Below, in pieces: positions 34,786 through 47,339 of a DNA stretch of 64,000 nucleotides (the stretch's first letter is position 1; each line of letters starts with the position of its first letter). The notes under the pieces were generated by a model. That model did no database searches. It was not told the origin of the DNA and worked only from the letters and a program-made list of their open reading frames with translations. Location: NCBI GenBank assembly GCA_032718475.1, contig JAUCBJ010004188.1, positions 1-64,000 of the forward strand, read 5' to 3'. The translations under genes and the position numbers were made by a program. The stretch is from Nemertoderma westbladi (lineage: Eukaryota > Animalia > Xenacoelomorpha).

Positions 34786-36022
34786 TGTTCGCGCTTTCAG
34801 ACCTTTAGCAGTTTAACCTGCCAATTTTAGGTGTCCTCTTGTTTATAAATCGACTTTAGCCTATAACAATTATTTAATGCACATGAAGTAACATTAGCCG
34901 AAGCCAGTCTATGCGCGATCATTCACCCACAGTTAAGGGAGACTGGATTCGGATGCTTTGACCTTATTGCGTTGCAGACCTACTGTATTATTCGATTGAT
35001 TGTTACTATATAATCTCTGACAATATTATTCACTTTCAGGGAAATATTAACAGTTCCTTTAGGACGTGGCGCTTTAAGTATAAAACAGAGCTATGACTTA
35101 TAATAAACACAACGAGATGGCTAATGATTTTCGTAAATAGCGCATTCTTTAGGAGATGCTTTATTATCTGTCACACTGCTGCATAAGATTTCACACTGCT
35201 GCACACTGATCTGCCGACCGTAACTGAATTTGATCATATATAAGGAGGATAGCCACTGACACATGTAGGGATTATGAAATAGCATTTACTGCACACTAAA
35301 ACCAATGTAATGTAAGTCGCAGTTGCTACCGGTAACCGGTCCCTCTAACCTTTAGTAATCAAGAAGATTGGGGTTTTATGATTATTTATCGATATTCTCC
35401 AAATATAACAACATATCCATCAACATATAACCATTAATAACAGACAGTAAACAGAAGTACAATAATGCGGCGATATTCAGCCAGTATCGGTAATACCGGT
35501 ACCGCAGTTGCAGGTGCAGTATCAAAGTTGTTCAGTCAGTGCAGACTGCAGTTTCATCAGTCAGTGATTCAGAGTCAGTTGCAGTCATCAGTTGCAGATA
35601 AATTTACGTTCTTGTAATCCAAAGCCGTCTAATGTTGGCCAAAGTCTGAAACTTCCAACACAGAAGTACAGAAGAATCCTAAGCCGGTGTTCTGGGCTTA
35701 GAAAAGATACACACTGACTGAATTGCGTGGGTTTCTGTAGGCACTGTCCAACACAAAGTGAAAATCGCTCTGATTGGTCGAGCGAGCCGAACAAAGAACA
35801 AAGAAAAGCTCCACGCTGGCAGTAAATCAGCTGACAGATGTCGTCATCTGAACTACACTCTATTTAGAGTATTTGACGTATTGCGGCATAAAATGGCTTG
35901 TTATGTCCGCTAAAACACTTACAGGGTACATTGCGGAGAAAATGGCTTGTTATGTCCGCTAAAACAACTAAACAGTTCATTGCGGAGAAAAATGACTGGT
36001 TATATCCGCAAAAGCTTTTACA
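34786..36022 (-). repeat. 5' LTR of BEL element (1237 bp)
   Basis: Near-identical to 19812-20817 plus an extra segment of about 234 bp at 35290-35523. Confidence 0.93.
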
Positions 36023-36099
36023 AAATTCATGGGGGGTATATGCCCCCATATATATATCTATATATATATTATATATATTATACATAAATTATACATTAT

Positions 36100-36530
36100 A
36101 ATCCATGTCCTCTGGTACTCTGGTATTTTCAAGTCTTCTGGGTTGTGGCCATCACTTATTCAACTGTCAATATTGGTCGTAATTCCTATTTGCAGATATC
36201 GCCCATGGGAATATCTGGGAGTACAGACTCAGACACTTTTACTTCTGTAAAGTTATCAGGCAATACCCTGTCATTATTGAGGAGCTTTTCAAAGTGGGCC
36301 TTCCAACCATTGAGGCGATCGGCTTAACCTTGGTGGTTGGTTGGCTTTTCTGCCCAGTAAGCAAGTTGATCGATTTCCATGCTTGGGATGATTGCCTGCT
36401 GTCGTCAGCATCAATGATCAGCTCCTGTAAATTAACAGAGTACTGCCTGTTCAGGGACCTAGATTCAGCCTTAACTGCATTCTTGACCGCTGTAGTCTGT
36501 TTGAGTCGGGACTCTCATTGCCTGCTGTAC
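36100..36530 (-). mobile_element. RTE family 2 internal fragment
   Basis: 36195-36410 matches 5870-6103 (gatatcgcc.atgggaatatctgggagtac...gtcgtcagcatc). Confidence 0.8.
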
Positions 36531-36837
36531 TAACCCAACTTAAGAAGGGGAGTATCACCCCTAGCGGTGAAAGAATTTCAAATTTTCTGAAAATTTTCAG
36601 AAGTTTTTCAGAAGCTTTTCTACTTTTGCAGTTTGATAGAGGGGCTTTCATGTGGTGACATCGGTTTTCACCATTGAATAATTTTTTCACCACAAAACAT
36701 AACTTTTCAATAACATAATTTATTACTTATATTATTTATTACTCTTTGCGTATAAAACAACATTTTTCTCAGTTTGTCGATTTTGACATTTTTTCTCACT
36801 AAATAGAAGAAGAAAAGAAAGAAGAAAAAAGAAGAAA

Positions 36838-38918
36838 AGAAGACAGAGAAGAAAGAAGAACCAACCTGCTGAAATGTAAAAAGTCACTAAAGATTGCTAC
36901 AATGAAGACACGCACACTGAAAGCACATAACAAACAGGGTGACATTGTCTCTCTGGCAATGGAATATCCTAATGGAACCAAAGCACAACTGGATTACATC
37001 CTTATAAACAAAAAGTGGAGAAACAGCAAGATCAACTGCGAGGCATACAGCTCGTTCAACCTAAATGGTTCGGACCACAGAATTGTGACTGCAGAGATCA
37101 GACTCAGGTTGAGAGCCAGCAAACCCGGACAAGCAAGCAAATCAACTATGACTGGGAGAAACTCAGAACTGACAATGCAGTAAAGGATGCTTACACAGTA
37201 GAAGTTCAAAACCGCTTTGAAGCACTTCAGTCAATGGATGAAGACCAGTCCACCGATTCAATATACCAGAATATAATGACAGCCCACAACGAATCAGCTA
37301 AGAGGCATATCCCCCAGAAACCCGAGGTCAGCCCTACAAGGAAAATATATGAGAAGACACTACCTATAGAAACAGCTTTAAATGCTTTTAATGCTTCTTT
37401 GGAGTTCGGCAGGTGTGAAACCTGTCGAACTCCAAAGAAGCATTAAAAGCATGTCCAATAATAAAGCGAGTGGATTAGATGAAATCCCAGCGGAGGTATG
37501 GAAAACAGGAGTGCTAAACAGACCATTATTGAATGTTTGCAACCGGATGTTAAAAGGGGAAAAGCCACCACCAATTTGGACTAAAGATCAACTAAAGCCT
37601 CTCCCCAAGAAAGAAGACCTCGGTATACCAACAAACTATCGTGGGATCTGTCTGCTTGTGGTAGTTGCCAAAATATACAATGAAATGATTCTATATAGGA
37701 TTAGGCCTCACATAGAGAAACTACTGCGTAAGAGCCAAAACGGATTTCGACCAAGTAGATCAACAATAGCTCAGATACTTGCACTACAGAGACTGATTGA
37801 AGGAATTAAGTCGAAGAATATCCCCGCAGTCATGACTTTTTTGGACTTCAAGAAGGCACTCGACTCCATCCATAGAGGAAAATGCTTGAAATCCTAAGAG
37901 CTTATGGCATACCAGAAGTAATTGATGCAGGCATTGGATTGTTATATTGTGACACAGAAGCGCAGGTACTCTCACCAGATGGTGAAACTGAGTTTTTCTC
38001 AATCCTGGCTGGGGTGCTGCAAGGTGACACATCAGCACCATTACTATTTGTAATTGTGCTGGATTACGCAATGAGGACAGCCACAAAGGGTGAAGACCTG
38101 GGATTTACACTTCAAGAACGCAGAAGTAGTAGATATCCGGCGACTACAGTCACAGACACCGACTTTGCGGATGACATCGCCCTGCTCTCTAATACCCCAG
38201 CAGATGCACAGCTTCTACTAAATAAAGTGGAGAGGGGATGGAGGAGGTTGGATTGCATATAAATGCTACCAAGACCGAATTCATGACCTTTAATGTAGAT
38301 GGAAAGTTGACATCCATTGACAATCAACTAAGGAAGGTTGACAACTTCCAGTACCTTGGATCACGGATAGAGAGTAGCAAAAAGGACATAGAAGTTAGGA
38401 AAGCAAAGCTTGGGTAGCTCTATCAGAAATGGATACCATCTGGAAGTCAGATCTCTCCAGGCACCTGAAGACTAAGTTCTTTCGTGCCACAGTGGAAAGT
38501 GTATTTTTATACGGGGGAGACCTGGACACTGACTAAATCACTTGAACAACGAATTGATGGTTGCTACACAAGACTACTAAGGGCAGCCCTAAACATAAGC
38601 TGGAGACAACACCTGACAAACGCCGAGCTTTATGGTACAATACCACCTGTATCAACCACCCTCCGTGAACGCAGATTAAGATTCAGTGGACACTACTGGC
38701 GAAGTAAAGACGAGGTCATACCAGATCTACTTTTCTGGCAACCAACTCATGGAAAGCGTAGTCTTGGATGACTGGCCATAACATATATACAGTAGATCAA
38801 CTTGAAGGGGATACTGAACTTAGGAGAAACGAAATTGCGACAACTATGGAGAATCGGGAAGCCTGGAAGGATCTCATTTCCACTGTCCGAGTTTGCTCGA
38901 CCTAGTAGTAGTAGTAGT
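36838..38918 (+). mobile_element. RTE family 1 copy C, internally deleted, with intact 3' end and (TAG)n tail
   Basis: Matches copies A and B with deletions (AMEY|PNGTK near 36968; KP|EVSP near 37324); RT GVLQGDTSAP and FADD; ends gctcgacctagtagtagtagtagt. Confidence 0.9.
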
Positions 38919-39214
38919 ATAAATAATGAATTGAATTGACACATATAGACCAACATAATGGATACTTTGGAGAAACGAAGTTGTGCCCACACATTCTTTA
39001 GGGTAGCTAGCTGCTATAGAAAGAGGATCTGTCGCCTCTGGCTTCAGCTGACTGTTTAATTTGATGACGTTTTTCTTTATGCACATTAGCAATAAGTGTT
39101 ACATGTTAGACGCCTCAACCCACCCATCCCACCCCCATTCACCACCTGCCTTTATGTGATGTATATGGAAAATCAGTTCAATCTTTTAAACTTATACAAT
39201 TTGATTTATTTTAG

Positions 39215-39364
39215 TTGTTCAATGGAGCATGGTATTATGGATAATACATCTGAATATTTGTATTACCAGAGTATATACCCTGGAGGTTTAGGTCAGAATA
39301 CTCATGGTGATGGAAGATCTGACTTTCTGGAATCAGCCTTGTTTGGTTTCTATGACGAAGTTCG
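39215..39364 (+). CDS. CAP gene exon 2
   Basis: Acceptor ttttag, phase 2-2, CSMEHG...GLGQN...FYDEV, donor gtaag; joins exon 1 in frame (WAD-S-CSMEH). Confidence 0.85.
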
Positions 39365-39588
39365 GTAAGATTACCTAGGTTACTATACCGCTATTGGAGG
39401 CACTTGTTTCCTTTAACTTCAATACTTTAACAATGGCAATAATGTTTCATTATTTACTGTATTTTATGGTGTACTGTAAAGTGTGTGAAATTAAAAATTT
39501 TTTGGATGATATTAAATATCACTAAAAATGTAAAATTTTCCACATTTCTTTAATTTTATTTATTTTACAATAAGTTTTTATCCCCCAG

Positions 39589-39823
39589 GTTTTTCAACAT
39601 GAGTAACTGGGAATGTACTGGATTCCCCAACAATAATCCACAGAACCTCCCTGCCTGGATGGCCTGCGGACACTTCGCCCAAATAATGAGGGAAGGTTTG
39701 AGTAGACTCGCATGTGCCAGGGGTGCGACCTGTGCGTTTTTAGTTTGCGAATATTACACTGGTGTCAACCTTCTAGTGCCTTGGTGTGACCCCTCACATG
39801 CTGACTATGATATGTGTATTTTT
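39589..39823 (+). CDS. CAP gene exon 3
   Basis: Acceptor cccccag; ACGHFAQI...LACA...FLVCEY (CAP motifs); donor gtaagt, phase 0. Confidence 0.88.
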
Positions 39824-40105
39824 GTAAGTTCATTCTATAAGATACTCTGTACTGATAGTGTTATATTCTATAGATAAGGTAAACTGAGGTGAGGAGTTGG
39901 GTTGGATAAAAAAATGTTAATTTTCTACTACTGAATATTATTCAGTAAGTTAAGGGAGACATAAACTCTTTAGTTTGTGCGGTGTAAGACATGTTAGCCT
40001 GTATACCTGTTAGTCAGTATGTCGGTTGCGACATAAATTAAACATTTCAATGATACAGACAGATATTAGTTGAATAGATTTACTTAAATTTCTATAATTT
40101 ATCAG

Positions 40106-40258
40106 AACATGCAAGTGGAACAATTCTACAAGGAAGGTACCAGGTGCAGTGCCTGTCTGGATGGTCGAATCTGCAGGAATGGTCTCTGTGCCCTTCCAGA
40201 TGATGTGAGAGACCTTGTAGAAGAATTGCCCGATTGTTCCGATAATGCAGCTGCTGGT
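40106..40258 (+). CDS. CAP gene exon 4 (Cys-rich hinge)
   Basis: Acceptor ttatcag; FYKEGTRCSACLDGRICRNGLC is typical of the CAP C-terminal hinge; donor gtaagt. Confidence 0.85.
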
Positions 40259-40668
40259 GTAAGTGAGAATTATTTGAGTAAAATTGTCAATTGTTTTGAG
40301 CTAGAACTATGAACAAAGCGAAATATGGCCAATAAGATGAACTTTAGTAAATATTTAATATCATTAAAAATACTTCTTGTTCTGTATAAATAAATAGCTA
40401 TGCATTAGTAATGAATGACTATAATATGAATTATAACTATAATGTATTCTTAACTTGCTATTTTAAAATTAAAAAAAAACTAGCTATACAATACATAATA
40501 TTTGGAAATACAAAACTGATGTCTATCTGAAAATATAAGACCATATGCAATAAAACACTAGCCCGTAATTAAAAAAAAAAAAAAATATCTACTAATTGAT
40601 GCGCTGTAACGATCCTGTTTAAATATAACTACTTACGACATTACGGCATTACTACATTAAGCCACACG

Positions 40669-43600
40669 ATGAAGTCGCCTCTGGTGGTTAAATGGGAGAT
40701 ACCGAGAACACCACCACCAGGCACCAACACAGAGAAGATAAACCCACAAAACCGGGCCGTTTCCACTGAACACCGTGGTGACGATTCAGAGAGGATAAAC
40801 CCACGGGACAGGGCCGATTCTGCCGAACACCGTGGCGGCGATTCGGAGAAGATAAACTCACAGGACTGGGACGTTTCTGCCGAACAACGACGCATTGGCG
40901 ATTTGGAGAAGATAAACCCACGAGAGCAGGCTGTTTCAGCCGAACACTGCGGTGACGATTTGGCGAAGATAAACCAACGGATTTGTGCCGATTCCACCGA
41001 TCACCGTGGAGAACTTTCTGAGAAGACAAACCCACGGAACCGTGCCATTTCCCCCGAACACGATGGCAATGATTCAGAGAAGATCAACCCATGGAACCAG
41101 GTCAATTCCGCCAAACACCGCAGCGACGATCTTGAAAAGATAAACCCACAGGATCGGATCAATCACGCCGAACACCACGGTGACATTTCGGAGAAGGTAA
41201 ATCCACTGGACCGGGCTGATTCTGCCGAACACCGTGGAGACGATTCGGAGAAGATAAACCCACGGAACCTGGCCGAATCCGCCGAACACAGAGGTGACGT
41301 TTCGGAGAAGATCAAGCCAAGGAACCGAGATGATCTCCTAAGCGATGACGACCACAATCCCATCGAACTTTTGTATGAAACGTACCACCCACCGATAGAC
41401 AACAGTGATGAAGATCAAAAACGAGTTAAAATTAAACGTTTCCTGGCTAGTGAGAAATATTTGACTCTATTAAATACAAAGTGCAAGCCAACAAACATGG
41501 AGAATATTTTAACCAAACTTACAAAGGACGATATGATTTTGTTGAGCCCAGGTACATGTATAAACGATGCACTAGTAAACTCCGTTCTCTACCTCCTAGA
41601 GGAAAGCACAAATTTTCGTGTAGGCATTTTACCTACAGAGTTTTCGACCAAGCTCAGTACACCACTAAGTGATATGTTTTCCTTGGTCAAATTTGCCAGT
41701 AGTAGATACAAACGACCAGACATAGAAATTTTGCTAATCCCAGAGTGTAGACAATATTCTAATAATCCAATAGGGCACTTTGTATTACATGTCGCTATCC
41801 CTAAGGACAAAGAAATTTATACTCTCTGTCCAATGGGAAACCCATATTACACAAACACAACAAAAGCAATATGCAACGTCCTTAACACAATTGATAACCT
41901 GACCCCCTGTACGAAAACTTTACCCTCAAGTCTAAACTTTGACCAATGGCGCCCAATACAAGCCCCAAACATGTCTCAATTCCCAAAGCAAACAAATAAC
42001 GTCGACTGTGGGATTTTCGTGTGTGTGTATTCCTATATGCTTGCTTTCCCTAAAGAAAATAACGTTTTTGCCAAGAAAATGACAAATAACGAATGTGCAC
42101 AGGGTAGAGTTTGGATGGCAACTTCCATAGAAAGAAAATCGGTAATGAAACCAAATGCACCTCAAGATGAAAGATTCTTAAACACTGGCCCAAACTTTGG
42201 AATAAAGACCGGCAAACAACAAAAAACTAAATCTGCAGAGAACACAACTGGACGAGTACCAACAAATAAATCCCAGGGTCACCATGCCCCACACACCCGA
42301 TCTCAAAACGAATCCACCCAGAATGAAATCCACAACGCTGGCTTCCAAGGGAGCCACACAAAATTGCGAAAAGCAAACACAGCACTGGATGTATTAAAAA
42401 TTCTAATCGACTCGAATATTCTAAGGAACCCTAAAGACATACTTATTCGGGCACTATTACCTATAGGCCTTGAATCTTTAAATAACATACAAAAGATGCT
42501 CTTTGAACATATAAAGACAAATATTCTGGGGAGCACTCCAAGCCTCAACATAAGTGCAATAAACCGTCGCTCCATTGATGAACTAGCAGCTGACGTGGCT
42601 GAGTTTGCACTGGTTGCTGAAAGCTCCGCAATTACACCCATTTTTAAGAAAAGGGTGCATATAGGAACCCTCGACACCTTCAGCCTTTTCCAACTTGTGG
42701 ACCTTGTAGCCAACCTGCAAGTCGAAGTGAAAACAATAAACAGCCAATTGCGAGTAACACAAAGTAAGGTGGATGCCATGGAAAACGGCCTAGACGAGTT
42801 ACAGACACAACAACCTACATCTACCTGTAGATTTTGCTGTAATTCGACCAATCCCAAGCAGGGAAAAGATCACAATGACTCAGACTCAGAGACTACTCAC
42901 TCAGACAACACACAACTAAGGAATGAAGGTATCACCAAAGAAACTATCTTGAATAATAACAAAAACAGCAACAAAAAGTCAAAAAAGAAAAAGTCGAAAC
43001 GTTACAAAAAGAAGAGCAGGAGCAGTAAATTCACCTTTGAGAGTGATACTGATGAAAGTACAGACTATGCAACTATAGATGCGTGTTCAATGTCCCCACA
43101 ATCAGAAATAGCTGAACCACTGGACGCACCACCCCATGAAAGATACCCCAATGGTAAACAAACTGCTTCGCTAACACATGAAAACCCAACAGATAAGGAT
43201 CCACCTAACATGGAGAATACAGAACCAAGCATTGTCAACCCCAAAACCATAGAAGAAGTATTAAATAACGTAAACGTATGGAAATCAGACAAGCATACTA
43301 CAAAGCCATACTCAAACCATCTATCTCCATCAACAACCCCAGTTGACACCAGTAACTATTTTGAACACCTAGACCAAGACTCAAAACTAGCCACTGTGTT
43401 GGAAAACCAAAACGCCATACTGAAAGCACTGAAAGAAACTTTAAACAAGAATAATAGGGAAAAAACGGTTAATGGCGAAAGCACAACATCTAACCCAGAA
43501 GAAAAAAAGAAAAACACCAGGAGATCAATGGATGAAACAACTAAAACGAAAGAACCAGGGTCTACAAAACTACTGAAGAAAATAATAGTAAGTGGCCTAC

Positions 43601-44161
43601 CTTCAAACACCAACTCAGTGGATCTCTCGTACAGGGATGTACCCAGTCAATGTGTATGTGAGAGGATACAAATATGAACAAAAAGAGGCAAGTATAACAA
43701 TCGAGGTGAAAGATCTTGAGACGTATCTCAACCCAAATATGTGGCCTGGTGACAAGCCCCGAACCAGAGAACTCGAACCTAACAACACTGGAAAACGCTA
43801 TAGGTACACTGATTACACTCCCCCCAACTCACAAAATACTCACCCTAACTTTAACTACAGTAAACAATCCGCCCCGTTTACCCTTTCATACATCCCAAAA
43901 GAGAGACACAACCCAATTTTCAGACGCAACCAACTTAATAATCGGGACAACAATAGCTTTAACAGACATCAACGGGATAGCAATAAAGACTACTGCTATA
44001 ACCATGGAAATGAATCACAAAACATACATCTAAACATGCCATATAACGCAACATCTACACACCAGAATGTAAACAATAATCAGGCGCACTATCGCAACAG
44101 GAAGTCAACCCGCAACATTGCAGCCCACTATAACCATGGCGATCTACACAGTCGTTTTTAA
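40669..44161 (+). CDS. LINE ORF1: 21 aa repeat array, Ulp1/C48 peptidase-like domain, coiled coil, RRM-like C-terminus (one frameshift near 43615)
   Basis: Repeats EKINPxxRAxSAEHRGDxS; Ulp1-like INDALVN, HFVL and PKQTNNVDCGIFVC; heptads LQVEVKTINSQLRVTQSKVDAMENGLDEL; IIVSGLP...ASITIEV...LNPNMWPG, with the last part in ORF 43592..44161. Confidence 0.78.
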
Positions 44162-47100
44162 ATACCAAATACAATCATTACCACCAGATATAGGTTCACT
44201 GCCACTAAATGGCAGATTAGATCATCTTAACCAAAAACCTGAACAACAAACCAATGAAACCCCAACTATTATACCTAAAAAAGCCGAAACACCCCTGATT
44301 GTCCTCACATATAACTGCACTGGCTATATAAGAAGTAAACATCATATCGAAACCCTCCTAAGAAAGACATCTCCAGACATACTAATCATTCAAGAACACT
44401 GGCTTAGTGCTGGTGAATCAAAACACCACTTCCACAAGAAACAAATGATGAAAGGCTATACATGTGCAGATTACACAGTATCGGACGGTATGTTGGCCAT
44501 TAAGGCAAGAGTGCGAGGGGAGGGTGGAGTAGCAATATTCCTCAAGTCAGCAATATCACCTTACTCCTCTGTGCTGAAGACATTATCAGACAGGGTAGTT
44601 GGGATAACAATAAAAGGCATCTTTAGCCAGGATATAACTGTTATAGGTATATACATGCCATGCGACAACAAAGATGAAAGATCAAGGGCAAAATACATAG
44701 AGGAATGCGCAAATTTGCACAATATTCTCGAGGAAACAGTGAATGATAATAATGAAATTGTAATTGCTGGAGATGTCAATGGAATACTGCGAACCACCAC
44801 ATCACCAATACGGTCTAACTTTGGACAACTTTTCAACCATGAAATAATGACACCGTTTAATCTTGAAGTCACTAATGATCCCAGTAGTGCATTGGTATCC
44901 GGCGCAACAAAGACCTTTGTGTTTAAATCAAAATGCGGACATATCCTAAGATCATCACTGATAGATTACATAATCTGTTCAAACTCACTAATACAAGGAA
45001 AACAACCTGAAAGTCACATTTTTGAAGATGATACAAACAACCCATCACACCATACGCCAGTACTAACCACTTTCTATCTCCATAGGCTAGAAAATATAAA
45101 TTACGATGGCAGGTGGACCAAAACCTTGGGAAGGAAAGCTTACTTATTCAAAAATGCATCAATGAAGCAATTAGATTCCTACAAGAAAGATATTGAAGCC
45201 TCCATACAACCTTTGCTAGAAAACCACAATACTACTGAAGACAACACAATTGATACGGCAGCAGAATCTTTCATAAAGGCTATCTTGACATCTGCCAATA
45301 AACATATCCCCTATATCACACCAAGAAGAAGAAAGAACTGGAAACCGCAACTATCTAAAAGTAGAAACGCAAGCACCACCAACACCAATAATCGAGAAAC
45401 GGTAAACGCTGAAAACAAACTCAAGCAGATGCAGAAAACGAGAGAACTATCCATGCTACAACACAGGATATATCGAGAACAAGTCACTACTCTTACTCAA
45501 GCATGTTCAACCAGCCCAAACACATTCTGGAACAAACTGAAAGAAAGAGATGCACACAACAGCCACCAAATGTCACCAGGCAATGCAAATAACCTATATG
45601 ACCACTACAAGAATTTCTATAATAACAACAATCGAAGCTTCTCAACTTCTGAACCGCATCCGAAGTTTCAAGCAGTACCTCATCATCAACAAAATAAAGA
45701 TAACCATAATGACTTTAACCTATTGAGTACAGAAGATATAAATGATGCAATTAAAAAACTGAATAAAGGTAAGGCTGCTGATTCAAACAACATCTCTGCG
45801 GAACACCTATGTTATGGAAACTCCGAATCTATGTGTAATTTTATTGCTTTTCTCTTTAATGAAATGCGAAGCACGGGATACTTCCCAAACCTTATGTGTT
45901 TAGGACTATTGCTCCCACAGTTGAAGAGCTATGATCGACAAAAAAATCAAATGTCAAGTTACAGAGGTATTTCTATTATATCGATAGTACTGAAATTGTG
46001 GGAGCACACAGTGGTGAAGGAACTAACATCTATTGACACAAGTTCCCTACAAATGGCATACAAGAAAGGGATGTGCAATGAAACACCATATCTGACAGCT
46101 TCAAAACTGATCGAATGGTTTAACAAGGGCTCATCTCCTTTACACGTAGTATCTTTAGACCTAACATCAGCATTCGACTGCATCAACCATGAAATCCTGT
46201 TCGACAAATTGTCCAAGACCAACCTGTCTCGTAGTTTAATTATCCTAATACAATCATACTATGATAAGTCCACTGCTATTGTACAGATCGGCAACTATAG
46301 ACATAAGGAAGCTATAGCATTATCCCGAGGGGTACGTCAAGGTGGAATATTATCAGCCTGGATGTTCAATTTTTACTTGAAAGACTTATTTACCACTTTA
46401 GAAACAGAACACCTAGGTCCACATATAGGATCCCAGGCATACCCGGCAATCGGGTTTGCAGACGACATTCTCTTAATGGCAAACCTGAAAACAGACATTC
46501 AGAGAATAATGCAAATCTGCGTTAACTTTTTCCAAGACACACAGCTAACACTGAACACCAGAAAATGCCATTATATAGTTTGCACTCCATCAGGAAAAAA
46601 TACACTTGAATCACTCCAGATAGAATCTGGAAAATATATTATTCAAGAAGAAAAATTATCATACCTTGGCCTACCATTGCCATCTACAGGGAGAAACCTA
46701 CACAATCATCTAACCAAGAAATGCTGGATCAACGTGTCAAAAGCAAAGCTCAGAGGATTATCTGCCCATGATGTACCACTGAACATTTCTTCTTTCATCT
46801 GGAAAACCATCTGTTTACCATCTATTATGTACGGTGCCTCAAATCTTGACAAGCACTTCTTTGAACAAATGAAAATTACACTTCAGAAGGCAATGAGATC
46901 ACTCCTTGGCGTTGGAAGCTATATACCGAACAACGTCCTAATGGACCTTTATGACAGCCAATCTTTTGAACAAATGATGACCTTTTCAAAATGCCGCGCA
47001 ATCTATAACCTGTTCAACTGCAACAACGATAAAGTTACACATCTGTTTACAACCATTTTAACACATCATGTCGCAAAAACCTATCATGATAATCTGATGG

Positions 47101-47339
47101 ACGATTACAACCTTTTATCGTGGCAAGAAGGTCTCCCGACACTCACTAGTATTGCTACCTCACGATACTGTGTGAAGAAGGTGTTAAAAGGAGCAAAGGT
47201 CAGAACTAAAGCTGGAAACATCCCCCTAACCTTCAAAGAAAAGTTTCATAGCTCTTATTTCCGATCAATCCTAAACAACTGCAATAATGACCATACATCC
47301 AAACATACTACAATATTATCGTTCTTTGGGCTAGACTAA
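44118..47339 (+). CDS. LINE ORF2: APE endonuclease + reverse transcriptase (uninterrupted, 1073 codons)
   Basis: APE: TYNCTG, IIQEHW, GEGGVAI, IAGDVNG, LIDYI, SHH. RT: YRGIS, LDLTSAFD, GVRQGGILS, FADD, YLG. Confidence 0.95.
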   Translation: MQPTITMAIYTVVFKYQIQSLPPDIGSLPLNGRLDHLNQKPEQQTNETPTIIPKKAETPLIVLTYNCTGYIRSKHHIETLLRKTSPDILIIQEHWLSAGESKHHFHKKQMMKGYTCADYTVSDGMLAIKARVRGEGGVAIFLKSAISPYSSVLKTLSDRVVGITIKGIFSQDITVIGIYMPCDNKDERSRAKYIEECANLHNILEETVNDNNEIVIAGDVNGILRTTTSPIRSNFGQLFNHEIMTPFNLEVTNDPSSALVSGATKTFVFKSKCGHILRSSLIDYIICSNSLIQGKQPESHIFEDDTNNPSHHTPVLTTFYLHRLENINYDGRWTKTLGRKAYLFKNASMKQLDSYKKDIEASIQPLLENHNTTEDNTIDTAAESFIKAILTSANKHIPYITPRRRKNWKPQLSKSRNASTTNTNNRETVNAENKLKQMQKTRELSMLQHRIYREQVTTLTQACSTSPNTFWNKLKERDAHNSHQMSPGNANNLYDHYKNFYNNNNRSFSTSEPHPKFQAVPHHQQNKDNHNDFNLLSTEDINDAIKKLNKGKAADSNNISAEHLCYGNSESMCNFIAFLFNEMRSTGYFPNLMCLGLLLPQLKSYDRQKNQMSSYRGISIISIVLKLWEHTVVKELTSIDTSSLQMAYKKGMCNETPYLTASKLIEWFNKGSSPLHVVSLDLTSAFDCINHEILFDKLSKTNLSRSLIILIQSYYDKSTAIVQIGNYRHKEAIALSRGVRQGGILSAWMFNFYLKDLFTTLETEHLGPHIGSQAYPAIGFADDILLMANLKTDIQRIMQICVNFFQDTQLTLNTRKCHYIVCTPSGKNTLESLQIESGKYIIQEEKLSYLGLPLPSTGRNLHNHLTKKCWINVSKAKLRGLSAHDVPLNISSFIWKTICLPSIMYGASNLDKHFFEQMKITLQKAMRSLLGVGSYIPNNVLMDLYDSQSFEQMMTFSKCRAIYNLFNCNNDKVTHLFTTILTHHVAKTYHDNLMDDYNLLSWQEGLPTLTSIATSRYCVKKVLKGAKVRTKAGNIPLTFKEKFHSSYFRSILNNCNNDHTSKHTTILSFFGLD

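Larger units (their letters stand above)
19812..36022 (-). mobile_element. BEL/Pao LTR retrotransposon, 16.2 kb, full-length but defective
   Basis: LTRs 19812-20817 and 34786-36022 (TG...CA); 5 bp TSD AAATT at 19807-19811 and 36023-36027; domain order gag-PR-RT-RH-IN with Pao-type motifs. Confidence 0.95.
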
